A program made the position numbers and the translations under genes. The notes beneath the pieces were generated by a model. That model searched no databases and had not been told where the DNA came from. It worked only from the letters and a program-made list of their open reading frames with translations. A stretch of 64,000 nucleotides of DNA from Lytechinus pictus (Eukaryota): contig NC_087252.1 in the NCBI RefSeq assembly GCF_037042905.1, forward strand, positions 930,001-994,000, in the 5' to 3' direction. Positions 13,590 through 25,748 of this stretch are shown piece after piece. The stretch's first letter is position 1. Each line of letters starts with the position of its first letter.

Positions 13590-15740
13590 TTAAAAGTATA
13601 GGAAATGTACATACACCCAAATGTTTCTGAAGGGATAACAATATTTGTTGTTCTTTTGAATTTTTATTTTATTTTGATTTCCTTGTCATATTGATAAGGA
13701 CTACAGGGAATAATTTTGCTTTACAAATTTGAATAGCATTTTTGGTCACAAGAGATAAGCTCTCAACTAATAAAGTAATGTACAGTCCTATGTAAAAATA
13801 TGCTATACAAAAGACTTTATGCATAGCAGTCTTCCAAAAATGTGAAGCAAATTGTGCTGCGATACCAGAAAAATTATTTTCTGGACTACATGTAATGGTA
13901 ATTTTGTACTGTTTTTGCTCCTTCACTTAAAAGTTGCAAGAATAGTACAGGATTATTCAAACCTTTAGAAAGTTGTTTTGTTGCATTTCTTCCTCTGCAT
14001 CATACACATACTGTAAGAACTTTCTCTCTGTTATTAAGTTGCTAATATTTATCCTTGCCTTTAAACTTTACTCAATTGGCCACTCTGTTTGAACAGGCAT
14101 CATTAATTCCACATTTCATGAATCACGCTCAACTAACCCGCCAGATTTTCTTTTGGCTTCCCGAGACTGGGTGTTTGTTTTTCATTTTTGTCGCCAGGCG
14201 CCCAATCTCGGCTTTGACAACTTCATCAAACACTATCGTCAATTTCATATTAAAAGGATATTATATTGAGATGCTGAGTGTATTAGGGGATAGGAAACTT
14301 GAATACTATATTCTGTAGTTGATCAGATTGCCAACTATATACAGTTTCGTAAGATCTAAAAAACTGAATGAATGTAGTTTCTAGTTTGGGCTAGTATAGA
14401 AAAGGGCAAAACTGAAAGTAACTCTTATCTCATTGAGGTAATAAACAAACAAAAATGGAAAAATAAACAAGAACAAAAATACAGGCTGGCTTGGAAATAC
14501 ATTAAAATGACCTACATACATGTACATGTAGTAGTGCAATTGTGTAATTCACAATAGAAAAGCAGACATCAGTTTGTACAGTTTATTTGTATTTTGGCAT
14601 CTGAATCTTTTGCTATTCTAATGGATCAATATTAATATCAATTCTCAAACATGATCTAAGCATCTTACATAAATACAAAATTGTATTTGAAATTAAATTT
14701 TTGTTTTTGTACTTTGTGTTCAGATCTCTCGCTAAAAAAGGGCCCTTTTATATGGAGAGCTCTTTAATACAAATTAATTGATTAGATATCAGAAAATATA
14801 CAAGGATCACTTCCTGAAATTTTCAGCCCATTTCGTATTTTTACCTGCATCTAATCAATAGGGGGAGGAAGACATTATTTTGATCAAGCACCTGATCCAA
14901 ATGAATATTCTTGTAAAGTCATTATACATTTCTAATATCATCAGTACCATGATAATGTCTCCATGTCGGGCATAGGCATCTACAGCTGGGACAAGTGATA
15001 GACACTTTTAGGGCATATTTAACTCAACTTTATATGTGCAGACATAGGGCCCCCTTTCTAATCCCATTTTGGATTTTTTTTAAAGAAGTGTGTTATCAAT
15101 TTACATTTTTTGACTGGTTAGAATTATACAAAGCATAATATTCAGTAATTATTCAGTATACTTGATTCTTTCTTTCCTGTGATATACTCAGTATGATTCA
15201 TATATTTTTTATGCATTCGCCCGAGGGTAAGAAGGGCAAGATGTGAGATTTATTGAAGCAAAAGCAATTCCCCCGCATGCATGTCATTTTCACAGGGGTA
15301 CAAGCAAAGGCAAGGACAACATGCTTTCATCAGACAAAAACACAAGAGGGATATAAAAGGGTAGTCTCGGAGAGGCGGGCGGGGGTTCAAGTCGAAATCC
15401 TATCTTTTCAATTACAGGTTAATTTGTCAAATTTGAACGCTGAGATGCATTGGTGCGTGTATGCGATATGTAAATGAATGGTGAAATTTCTCGGGCGGTA
15501 GATCTAGAAAGCTTGTTAGGTATCGTTGCAATTTAACAGGATTTGGGAAATTTTGTTGTGATACCTGCTTTAGGGGAGTTGGTAGATTCATAAAGTGATA
15601 CTATGCATTCATTTCATTTCCTGTGAGTATTGAAGGAATAACTGTGTACTCTGGAGCCATAGTCTTCTCCATTATCCATTTGTTTATTTTGCCCCTTTTG
15701 ACATTAATTTATTTATTAATTTGCAAAGATATTCATATCA

Positions 15741-15908
<168 letters not shown>

Positions 15909-18900
15909 CTCTCTCTCTCTTTTTTATTTTTCTTTCTTTCTTTCATTTTTTCTTTCTATCTTTGCAGGACTACTTTATATAACAATTTTCATTCAATTTT
16001 TTCATATGTCAAGTAATTAATTCTTCATTCATTAAAAATGTTCAATCATTCTGTCATTCATTCATTTGTATATTCGCCCACTCATTAATTAATTCATTCT
16101 TTGATTCATTCATCTATTCATTCTTTCATTCATTCATTTGCTCACTCACTCATTCATTAATTCATTTGATTATGTTTTTGTATCATTTCTGTATTAATTT
16201 TGTTATATTAATGGATACCCATCCCATAAGAGCAACCAGCATTTCCACTTATGAATGAGTCATTACACTTCGGTGTGTTACTGTAAATATTGTATGTTTA
16301 GGCCTAATATCCTACAAATTTCTCTTTGTGTTGAATTTTATTACCATGCATATTCTCCTTAAAAGAGGAGTGTCCTGGGCATATTGTATAATTTCCTTGA
16401 ATTTACAGATTTGCCAATAAAGTGATTAATAAAGAAAAACAAGCAGGCAGATCATTTTTGGAAAATACATGTAGGTTCCCTCATCTCATTGGATTTACCC
16501 ATGCCTAAAAAAGATGCTAAACATACAATTTTATCATGGAGATAGAAGCCAGCGTGACTTAATTTGATTTTTGTGTGAGAAACTTTTCTCTGTCATTTAC
16601 CAGAACATAGGATTATTTGCTCCCTTTTTGTCTTCAATATAGAATTCTCTTGTTAGCATTCATGTAGAACAACATATAGGCCTATGTTGGAAAACCATGC
16701 CCTTGATATGACATAAAGTTCAAATCAAGCCATTGTACAGACCCATGTACAGACATACCCAGGCTCATCATAAATCCAGCGCAAATCCTCGCTGCACTTG
16801 TTCTTATTTCCCTGGTTTCCTTTAGGGGCTCATAATGGAAGTGAAACTCTTGTTTCTGAGGCCAGCCCAGGAATACCTATCACTTCCCAATCGCTTCCGA
16901 CCCTCCCCCAGTGGACGCGATTTCTTGGCGCAATATGGCCTATCAGCTTTCACCTTTTAGGTGTGTATGTGCAGTGGCAGGCAGATTCAGGAGTTTGACA
17001 TAAAAGGGGTTCGCAGACAATGGTAGCAAATCTGAAATAGAGGGGGCACAGGTGATGATTCTTGTAGATTAAGGTTTTGGTTCAACAGGTAATTCTCAAT
17101 ATAGAGGGGGGTTTGTGGCCCACCTAGATCTGACATTAGGCAAAACTTATTATTTTCTAAATTTTGTGCGTACTTTTCACAAAATGATTTGCCACATTGG
17201 AAGCTTTTATTACTGTATGACAGTGAAGGGGCATTTTCCAGGGCTCTTCTTTTTTTTTGGGGGGGGGGGCAAAATTTCTCTGCGCCCCCATATTATTATT
17301 TCCCTTTTGATTTGGTACGTGAACACAAAAATTAGTAAAAATGTGTGAATTATTTGACTATAATTTGTTTTAATGATAATGTGAATACTGGTATGATGAG
17401 AAGTTTCACATTTTTATTACTTTCTATTACCAATCACTTCCTACTTTTTCCCTTTTCCCGATATTAGAGGTGTGTATGTGGGTGTGTGTGCATAGCGAGG
17501 GTGAGAAGAAAAAAACAGAAGCAATGATTTAAATGAGGCCTGAATATATTGTTAAATTATGGTTTTGCTGTGAGTCTTTTATTTGCTTTTATAGGACAAG
17601 GTATTTTAATGTCATACATAAACTGAAAGTGAAAAAAAGGACAAAATAAGAAATGGAACAATGATCTTTGTATTTTATTCAAATGCAAAGTCAAGTACAT
17701 CCTGTTTTCAAACCAAAGATAGATTGAAAAAAAATTCTTTGATGGTGAAAAATATAAATAGATTTGTTTGAATTGCACAATACCATCTGCCTTTCAAGAA
17801 GAGATTGATGATATGAAATCAGAGAGAAATAAAGAAAGTGAAAATAGAATTAGAATTTTGGCAGTTCGATTCAAAAGAATCCCCTTTCCTCACTAAAAAA
17901 AAGCTTCAACTTCTTGTATTGCACAATAAAAAATTATCACGAGAGATATACATGTGTAAGAAAGTGAAAATGATATTTGTTTGAAAATGGTATTTGTTTA
18001 GAAAAAAAATATTCAAGGTCTTTAAATTAAAAATCTTGTAATAAGCTTGTGATGTGTTTCAATTTCATTTTTTGTATACCTGAAATTTCCATCTGTTTTT
18101 ATGATAAAGTTGTATTGTATATAATGTTTTGCTTGTACTTTGTTTAGTTTTATGTTATACAGGGCCCCCAAGTACAACAGTATTTTACTACTGACAGGGC
18201 TACCCTGTTTAAATAATACTTAATAAATAAATAAATAAGTAAATAGATACATAAATGAATGAATAAATAAATAAATGAATAATTAAATGAATAAATAAGT
18301 AAGTTAGTAAGTAAGTTAATGAATGAATAAATAAATAAATATAAATATTTTTTTCTTAGCTTAATGTCTACAGGTCTGAAGATTTGGTAAATGGTCAGTA
18401 ATGTGAACTACATGTATATGTCTACTCACAGAACATCAAACATGTACATACCGTAATTAATGCATTTTTTACCCATTAGAATTTAAATATACTTTTCTTG
18501 CCATTATGATTTCAATTCAAATCATTAATATGAAGCAAGCAAACTTTAGAAAGAAGAAGAATGAAAAAGAAAGAAGAGGTTCGAAGAGGAGAGAAAATAT
18601 ATGACAGTATAAATGAAATTAAGAAAGGAGAGAAGGGGAAAGCAGTATTACAAATACGGAAATCAAGATAAAATGAGAACCCATCATACATGTACATGTA
18701 CATGTAAATAACAGAGTCCAATAGACAAGCATTACCTACATGTATATTTCCCATCTTTTGACTATTGCCAATGAATCATTAATAAGACATTCAATGACTC
18801 ATTAATGGTGAAATGTAGTGTGACATTACTCCTAATCTAAGGAACATCTGTTTTCCAATTAAATATTTTTTTTTCATTTTAAAGACCATGTTCATTAAAA

Positions 18901-19047
18901 GAACTCTCAACACATTCCTAATGAAAATTAATCTTGATAGCTTTGATTGGTTAAATTCAAATATGCTTATTGTATGTGTTGCACAAACTTGAAGAAAAAA
19001 GGAATCTCGATTTACAATGATTGATAGAAAAAAAATGAAATGAATAT

Positions 19048-20157
19048 CAGTGGCATAATGAGGGGGGGGGGGCTTTTTAGGACCAAGAAAAAAAAGAGAA
19101 AACAAAAAAGAGAAGGGTGAGATATTATTTTCTGAATATTATGTCGAAATCAGTTTATTTTCAATAGGTCTAATGCCAATTTGTCCAATTACCAATTTAT
19201 CCAATTACCAATTTGTCTACTATCATTTGGTCTACCATCAGTTTGTTCACTATCCACATAGTCTCATATAGTCTAATAACCATTTCATCTACTCACCATT
19301 TCGTCTAATAACCAGTTGGTCCAATAGCCATTTATTCCACACACCAATGGTCTAATTGGACCAAGTGTTAATTGAGCAAAAGAATGAAAATAAAATGGAT
19401 AAATGAGACAAAATGGTCATAGACGAACTGGTGATTAGACGAAGTGGTGATTTGACCAAATGATTCTTAAGGCCACCGCACACCTTACGACCCGACTGGT
19501 CGGCGACTGGCTTGCGACTGAGTGAGGGGAGATGAATCGCAAGGTAGTCATAAGCCTCGACACCGCACACCTTGCGATCCGATCTGCGACTCACGCATGC
19601 GCTTTTTGCTGTTTGGCATAACAACAAAGAGAATGCGTTTACATGTACTACTGCGTATGCGCGTTGTTTATCATAAACGCGTCATGCAACTCTGCTGTCT
19701 GATTGGCTGGAATTTGGATTGAGCTTGCGATCCAGTCATAAGGATTCGACATGTTAAATCCTTCCGATTTTCCTTGCGACTTGTCTCTGACCGGTCTGCG
19801 ACTCTGAAGCTGACATGCGCTGTGACGTCACATCTCCCCTCACTCAGTCGCAAGCCAGTCGGCGACTGGTCGGGTCGTAAGGTGTGCGGTGGCCTTTAGA
19901 CCAATTGGTTGTTAGACAAAATGTTGATGGATTGAATGGCATTAGAGTCAATGAAGGTACATACATACATGTAGACCATGTGATGAGTGGACGAGTTGGC
20001 AATAGACGAATTGGCAATTTACCTAAATCTATCACAAAATCTGAGGTTTGTAACAAAAATGTCGAAATGTTTGCTCGCTCGCTCACAACTTTTTAATAAA
20101 TTTTGCCTGCTACACCATATCTAGCCCCCTCAAAATTTTTGGCTCATTATGCCACCA
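19048..20157. mobile_element. hAT-like MITE hosting nested insertions
   Basis: TIR CAGTGGCATAATGAG / CTCATTATGCCACC; 8-bp TSD atgaatat/atgaatag. Confidence 0.7.
19470..19895. mobile_element. PIF/Harbinger-like MITE
   Basis: About 63-nt near-perfect TIRs AGGCCACCGCACACCTTACGACCCGAC..; TTA TSD on both sides. Confidence 0.85.
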
Positions 20158-20646
20158 ATGAATAGTCATATTGTTCTTCACAGTGATCTTAATGGGGCAT
20201 AGCATGAGTACATGTATGTTACAACAAAAAATGAAGCTTTGAGCAAGTGAAATGTTGACCTTTTTAAAATGAGAAAAATCTAATTTTGTGATAGATTTTG
20301 AAGCCTCTAGGGTGCATTAAAGTACAGTCTGTAGCTGTTATTTGGGGGAAACCCCCTTCCGGGGGGGGGGGGGGGAACATTGATTGACATCTTCCACGTC
20401 TTTAGAGAGGGAGCCATAATTAACAACAGGAACCAAATGCCAAAGCGAATGAGAGAGGTTTTGAGACTATATCGATTGACCGTTGATGGATCTGTTCATT
20501 CTCTTTCTTTTTTTCTGCGGAAAGTTTTAGAAATGCTGTATGGCTCATCTGTCAGGGTTGGATAAGGGTTGGCTTGCAAATAAGAATGATATGGTTTTGA
20601 GACTATACTCTTTACATGCAAAGGAGCTATTAAATCTGGTCCATAG

Positions 20647-20897
20647 TCACACTCCTTTCAGAGTGAGATAAGGAACCAATCCTGATGGAATGAGATTTCA
20701 ATATTTCAAGAGTAAATTTTCAGCTTTTTTTTTAGTGAAATTGAAAAAAAAAGATGCACGCTTTTACTACAAAAAGGTGAAAATTTACTTTTAAAGATTA
20801 CACACTTTCACTCCAAAAAGGTGAAAATTCACTTTTGAAAGATTGAAATCTCACTCCATCAGGACTGGTCCCTCATCTCACTCTGAAAGGAGTGTGA
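20647..20897. repeat. Inverted repeat (MITE-like) flanked by diverged ~120-bp direct repeats
   Basis: TCACACTCCTTTCAGAGTGAGAT.. / ..ATCTCACTCTGAAAGGAGTGTGA. Confidence 0.7.
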
Positions 20898-22811
20898 TAA
20901 AGAGAGTATCATTTGACTGTTGACGGATCTATTCATTCCCTTTCTTATTCTTGACATTACTGAACGTTTGAAACGCTGTTTGGTTCATCTGGGGGGGATG
21001 GATAGGGGTCGGCTTGCGAATAAGAAGAGTTTCTGTTTTTGTGAATTACACAAATCCCTGAGGAATGTTCTTTTATTGCCTCTGAAACAAGTTTTAATTT
21101 CACTTTCCTTTTAATTTTCTGTTATCAGCCACATTCTATTGGGTTGACATTACAGTCATTTTGCAAATATTGGGATTTATGTTGGTGGAAATAACTCTGA
21201 CATTCCCTGAAGTGATGGGAGAGTTCGCACTCTTATTTTAATCCTCGGTTTCAGCAAGGACCTACATGTACCTCTCTCTGACAGAGTAACTTTGGTCCTT
21301 GGTGTGATGAATTATTAAGACAAACCTACTGCAGGCTTACAATGTAGATGTCAGAGGGTCACTTTAATATAGAATGAAAAAAATGAAAATAAAGTAAGAT
21401 AAAATATTTATATTAACAAGAATCTTTTAGTTGTTAATGATAGTTTTCCTCCATTTTATACATACTATGTAGTTATTCACATTTGATTACATGAATGAAT
21501 ATTTCATGAAACAAGTAATTTTCACTGACAAATCTGCTCTTAGCCAATCAGATGCAAGGATTTCAGTAGCTTATAACAATATTCAGTGAAAATCATTATT
21601 TGATTCATGAATTGCTTTTATATAATCATGCATTTTTACAATTTCTCCTATATCATTTCTGTTAGATGTGTGTTGATTGGGCCACTAGATATGAATTTTT
21701 GGATGTAGTCAGATTGGATTTCTAGAAAATATGACAGTTAAGCCAGGAAAGTCATGATTGTCTGGAAGTTGAGCTTCCATTATGTTTGCCTAATCTTCTC
21801 TTTTTCCAAATGAACTCTGAGGTGATAGGAGAAAGTATAATTATCATGCAGGATATGGCTGTAAACTATAATGGAGAATTTGACAGGATAATTCACCTCT
21901 TTTCAATATGTGCAGCTGAATTTCCTGTCATCGATAAAAACCCCCCCAAAAAGTATCTTTTTCATTTTTTTCTTTTTTGGTGTTGATATGGAGATTCCTC
22001 GTTTCTTCATAATTCTGTATCAGAGTTTATTCCCTGTGAAGGAGTTAAGAAATTGATTGGTCTGTAATTGTCAGCACCATGAACAAACAGGAAATCTGAG
22101 AGAATTTTAGACTTTATTTTGAACACTCAATGGGTAGGCTTGTCTGAGCTGAGTTGTTTAACAAATATGGTTTGACACTTCCTTTTCAAGAAGATGAAGT
22201 GACGCCATTGGCCGCAAATTAAAATAAACCTTATTCCACATCTGTTCAGGTGAAGGCTTTCTGCCCTTTAGGTCCCTTTAGATTGACATGGCAAGTATAT
22301 ACATGTAGAAGTACATGTAGCAGTGTTCACATGACTATTTGAGCCTTATGTGAAACGTCCACCTTACAGGGCAGTACTATGGGCAATTCCATAAAATATG
22401 TTCGTCCGACCCCCTATATATTGGACCTTCATCAAGATTTCTGTCTCTGATTTCCTGTTCTTTTGACAGTCTGTAATGTTCTCAAAGGACCATGACTTGG
22501 TCAGTACATGTATATGAAGTGAAGTAAGACTCAAGAAAAATGGGGGTTGGACGTACAAAAAGGTTTATTATGTTATGGAATTGCCCACATGTAGTAGTGT
22601 TCACATGACAATGCCATAGTTTAAACTTGGTTTCCATGCATGTACATGTGCATGTAGCAGTGTTCACACGACTTTGATACAGCTCTATATAAACCTGAAG
22701 TGTGTGAGAAGTCCACCTTGATAGTGGGATGGGGCAGTCGCAGGTTTCACAAACCATTTTACATGTACATGACTAACTCCATCTTGAGACTGTCTATTGA
22801 AATACTTGGGT

Positions 22812-23765
22812 TTTTTGTCTCACCTGCATAGCAGAGTGAGACTATAGGCGCCGCTTTTCCGACTGCGGCGACGGCGGCGTCAACACCAAATCTTAACCTG
22901 AGGTTAAGTTTTTGAAATGACAGCATAACTTAGAAAGTATATGGACCTAGTTCATGAAACTTGGCCATAAGGTTAATCAAGTATTACTGAACATCCTGCC
23001 TGAGTTTCATGTCACATGACCAAGGTCAAAGGTCATTTAGGGTCAATGAACTTAGACCATGTTGGGGGAATCAACATCAAAATCTTAACCTAAGGTTAAG
23101 TTTTTGAAATGTCATCATAACTTAGAAAATATATGGACCTAGTTCATGAAACTTATACATAAGGTTAATCAAGTATCACTGAACATCCTGCATGAGTTTC
23201 ACGTCACATGACCAAGGTCAAAGGTCATTTAGGGTCAATGAACTTTGGCCGAATTGGGGGTATCTGTTGAATTACCATCATAACTTTGAAAGTTTATGGA
23301 TCTGATTCATGAAACTTGGACATAATAGTAATCAAGTATTACTGAACATCCTGTGCAAGTTTCAGGTCACATGATCAAGGTCAAAGGTCATTTAGGGTCA
23401 ATGAACTTTGGCCAAATTGGGGTATTTGTTGAATTACAGCCATAAATTTGAAAGTGTGTTGGTCTAGTTCATAAAACTTGGACATAATAGTAATCAAGTA
23501 TCACTGAACATCCTGTGCGAGTTTCAGGTCACATGATCAAGGTCAAAGGTCATGTAAGGTCAAAGAACTTTGGCCACGTTGGGGGTATTTGTTGAATTGC
23601 CATCATATCTCTATAAGTGTATTGGTCTAGTTCATAAAACGTGGAAATAAGAGTAACCAAGTATCACTGAACATCTTGTGCGAGTTATAGTAGTTTTCAA
23701 AATCAGCACTGCTGCTATATTGAATCGCGTGATGCAGGTGAGACGGCCAGAGGCATTCCACTTGT
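22812..23765. mobile_element. Non-autonomous Helentron/HINE-type element with five internal ~163-bp tandem repeats
   Basis: T-rich insertion site, subterminal inverted repeat GTCTCACCTGCA/TGCAGGTGAGAC, 5' hairpin, CGG microsatellite, repeat units starting 22941, 23133, 23296, 23459, 23622. Confidence 0.75.
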
Positions 23766-23823
23766 TTTAATCTACAAATGTATGACACATCCTCTATTGG
23801 TTGTCCATTATTTTTTGTCTAAG

Positions 23824-24233
23824 ACACCGTTCTCACTACCGTCCTAAAACTAGTTCACTGGAAACTAATTTAAGGTGTAATGAGAACGGTTGAAGCGGTC
23901 TTGGAAGCGATCTTCCAGAAAGCCACCTCACGATGTAGTTTTCAAGCTCGCTTTGCCTCGTTATACTGGTTTAAGCGTAAGTGAGAACACAACCGTTCTT
24001 CGGGAAGCGATCTTCGCACTGGGGCATGTGAAGACTGCCTACGCTGCGATTTCAAATTTCGCGCAAAACTGAGAGTGTACCCATAACAACAAGACGGCTT
24101 TCCGTGAAGCGGTTTTGAAACCACTTTCGAGTGATCAAATGGGAATGCTAGCAAAGTGATCTTCCAAACTGGTTTTCTGACTCTGTTTCCAGTATACTAG
24201 TTCTTACATGTAGGTTTGTAATGAGAATGGTGT
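23824..24233. mobile_element. MITE with TIRs
   Basis: ACACCGTTCTCACTAC..CTAAAACTAG / CTAG..GTAATGAGAATGGTGT. Confidence 0.65.
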
Positions 24234-24235
24234 GG

Positions 24236-24680
24236 AGTCAAATGTATTGCTGTACACATGCTTGACCAAATTATTTTCAAACACTCCCTTACCAAGATTT
24301 TTCTCTGTGTGCAAAATAACCCCCTAAACAAATTTTTTGTGGGCTTTATGTACACAATTTGGCCCCTATTTTTGTCGCCAAAATATGACCTCGGGGGAAA
24401 AAGCTTGGGGGAAAACATACATGTACCGTAAACACGTTTGGCTAGTCTTAAAAAAAAAGCTTTGGGATAAAAAAAAATACCCTAAATAAGTTTGACCCCG
24501 CGATTGATCAGTCTTTCAAAACCACCCTTTTTCTTGAAAATCTGTGTTTTTGATACCCTTTTAATAACGAGTTTACGCGCGGACGGCATCCAAAACTGAA
24601 AAAAACACCCCTTTAAATGCGTTTTTTTTGGTCACGCATGTGTACAGCAATAAATCTGACTACCCCCCCACCCCCGGGGG
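24236..24680. mobile_element. MITE with TIRs (related truncated copy at about 61738-62210)
   Basis: GTCAAATGTATTGCTGTACACATGCTTGACCAAA / TTTGGTCACGCATGTGTACAGCAATAAATCTGAC, ends in poly-C + CCGGGG. Confidence 0.6.
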
Positions 24681-25568
24681 TGTCTATGACAAACCATCTA
24701 CGGGTACATTTTGGGCCTTCAAGGAACTCTTAAATTACAGAGCCAAGAAGTTTTACACAATATGATACATGTACACAAAACAAGATTATAAGATATCAAT
24801 TTCAGGATGGTCTTGCATGAGATCAACATCCACTATATGAACTTGACTACTGGAACACCTCCAGGACTTCATTTATATTCATGTACATTGTTGGTTGGTT
24901 GGTGGCTTGGTCAGCTGGACAACTACTGCATGCTAGTGACCTGTTTTTATGCACTTTTTCGTACCCCTAGGCCAATGTTTATAGTACTTCGAGTCCGATG
25001 TGTTTCTCCATTGTAGCTGGTTTGCACTAATTTCGCTGTTTTCATTGCACTTTTCACTAATTTTTGTGGTCATTTGCTGTGTAATGAACTATGTGTAGAT
25101 TTCCTATCGTAATTGTGTTTTTTGTATAAAATTCTATGAGTTAAACATGGGAAATTAGCTTGAACAGCTTCCTCCAAAAGTTCAATGCACTAGAATTATA
25201 AAGGATGTCATTAGAATATACTGTAAAGAACACCTCTAGATTTGACCTCTTGTACTTTCATAATTTGCATTCATATTGTGTATGTTTGTCCATGACATTT
25301 CTAAATATCCATGAATACTGTACATACATATTCAATGCAATTCAATTGAAGACTCTATTCCAGACACCTCATAAGCAGAGGTCCATATTCATATACAAAC
25401 TTCATAGTATACATGTACATCAAGACAGACGCACAGAGATAAAACTAGATTAAACGAAGAACAGATGATTATGTATAGAGTAGAACAAGGTATAAAATAA
25501 TCACACTAGAATTATACTAGAAACAAAATGACAGCAGATCTAATTAAGGAAATATACAAATGGCAATA

Positions 25569-25748
25569 TGTGTGTGTGTGTGTGTGTATTTGAGTTTTGT
25601 CAGACGTGTATCAATCAGATATGATTATTTACGTCTGGGACCGACCTTTAATGTCACCATCCGAAAGACGTGACCAGGGCTCGAACCTCCGCATCAATTT
25701 GTAACTTCCCCACAGCTTGGATTACAGGCGCACGCCACAACGCCCAGT
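25569..25748 (-). mobile_element. SINE with 7SL-RNA-like (Alu-domain) head, B box and (CA)n tail, copy 1
   Basis: Minus strand ACTGGGCGTTGTGGCGTGCGCCTGTAATCCAAGCTGTGGGGAAGT..GGTTCGAGCCC..GTCTTTCGGATGGTGACATTAAAGGTCGGTCCC..(CA)n. Confidence 0.75.

Noticed and set aside
15340..15400. TATA box (GATATAAAAGG) followed by a GC-rich patch
   Set aside because: No downstream gene or paired LTR identified; not supportable as a promoter
22941..23680. CRISPR-like array (also considered 42848-43188 and 52111-52510)
   Set aside because: Units are homologous along their whole length with no unique spacers, the context is eukaryotic and there are no cas genes
25569..25748. Human Alu contamination or a genuine 7SL gene
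   Set aside because: Only the first ~45 nt resemble 7SL/Alu, there is no S domain or Alu body or poly-A, and three mutually diverged copies are embedded in native sequence
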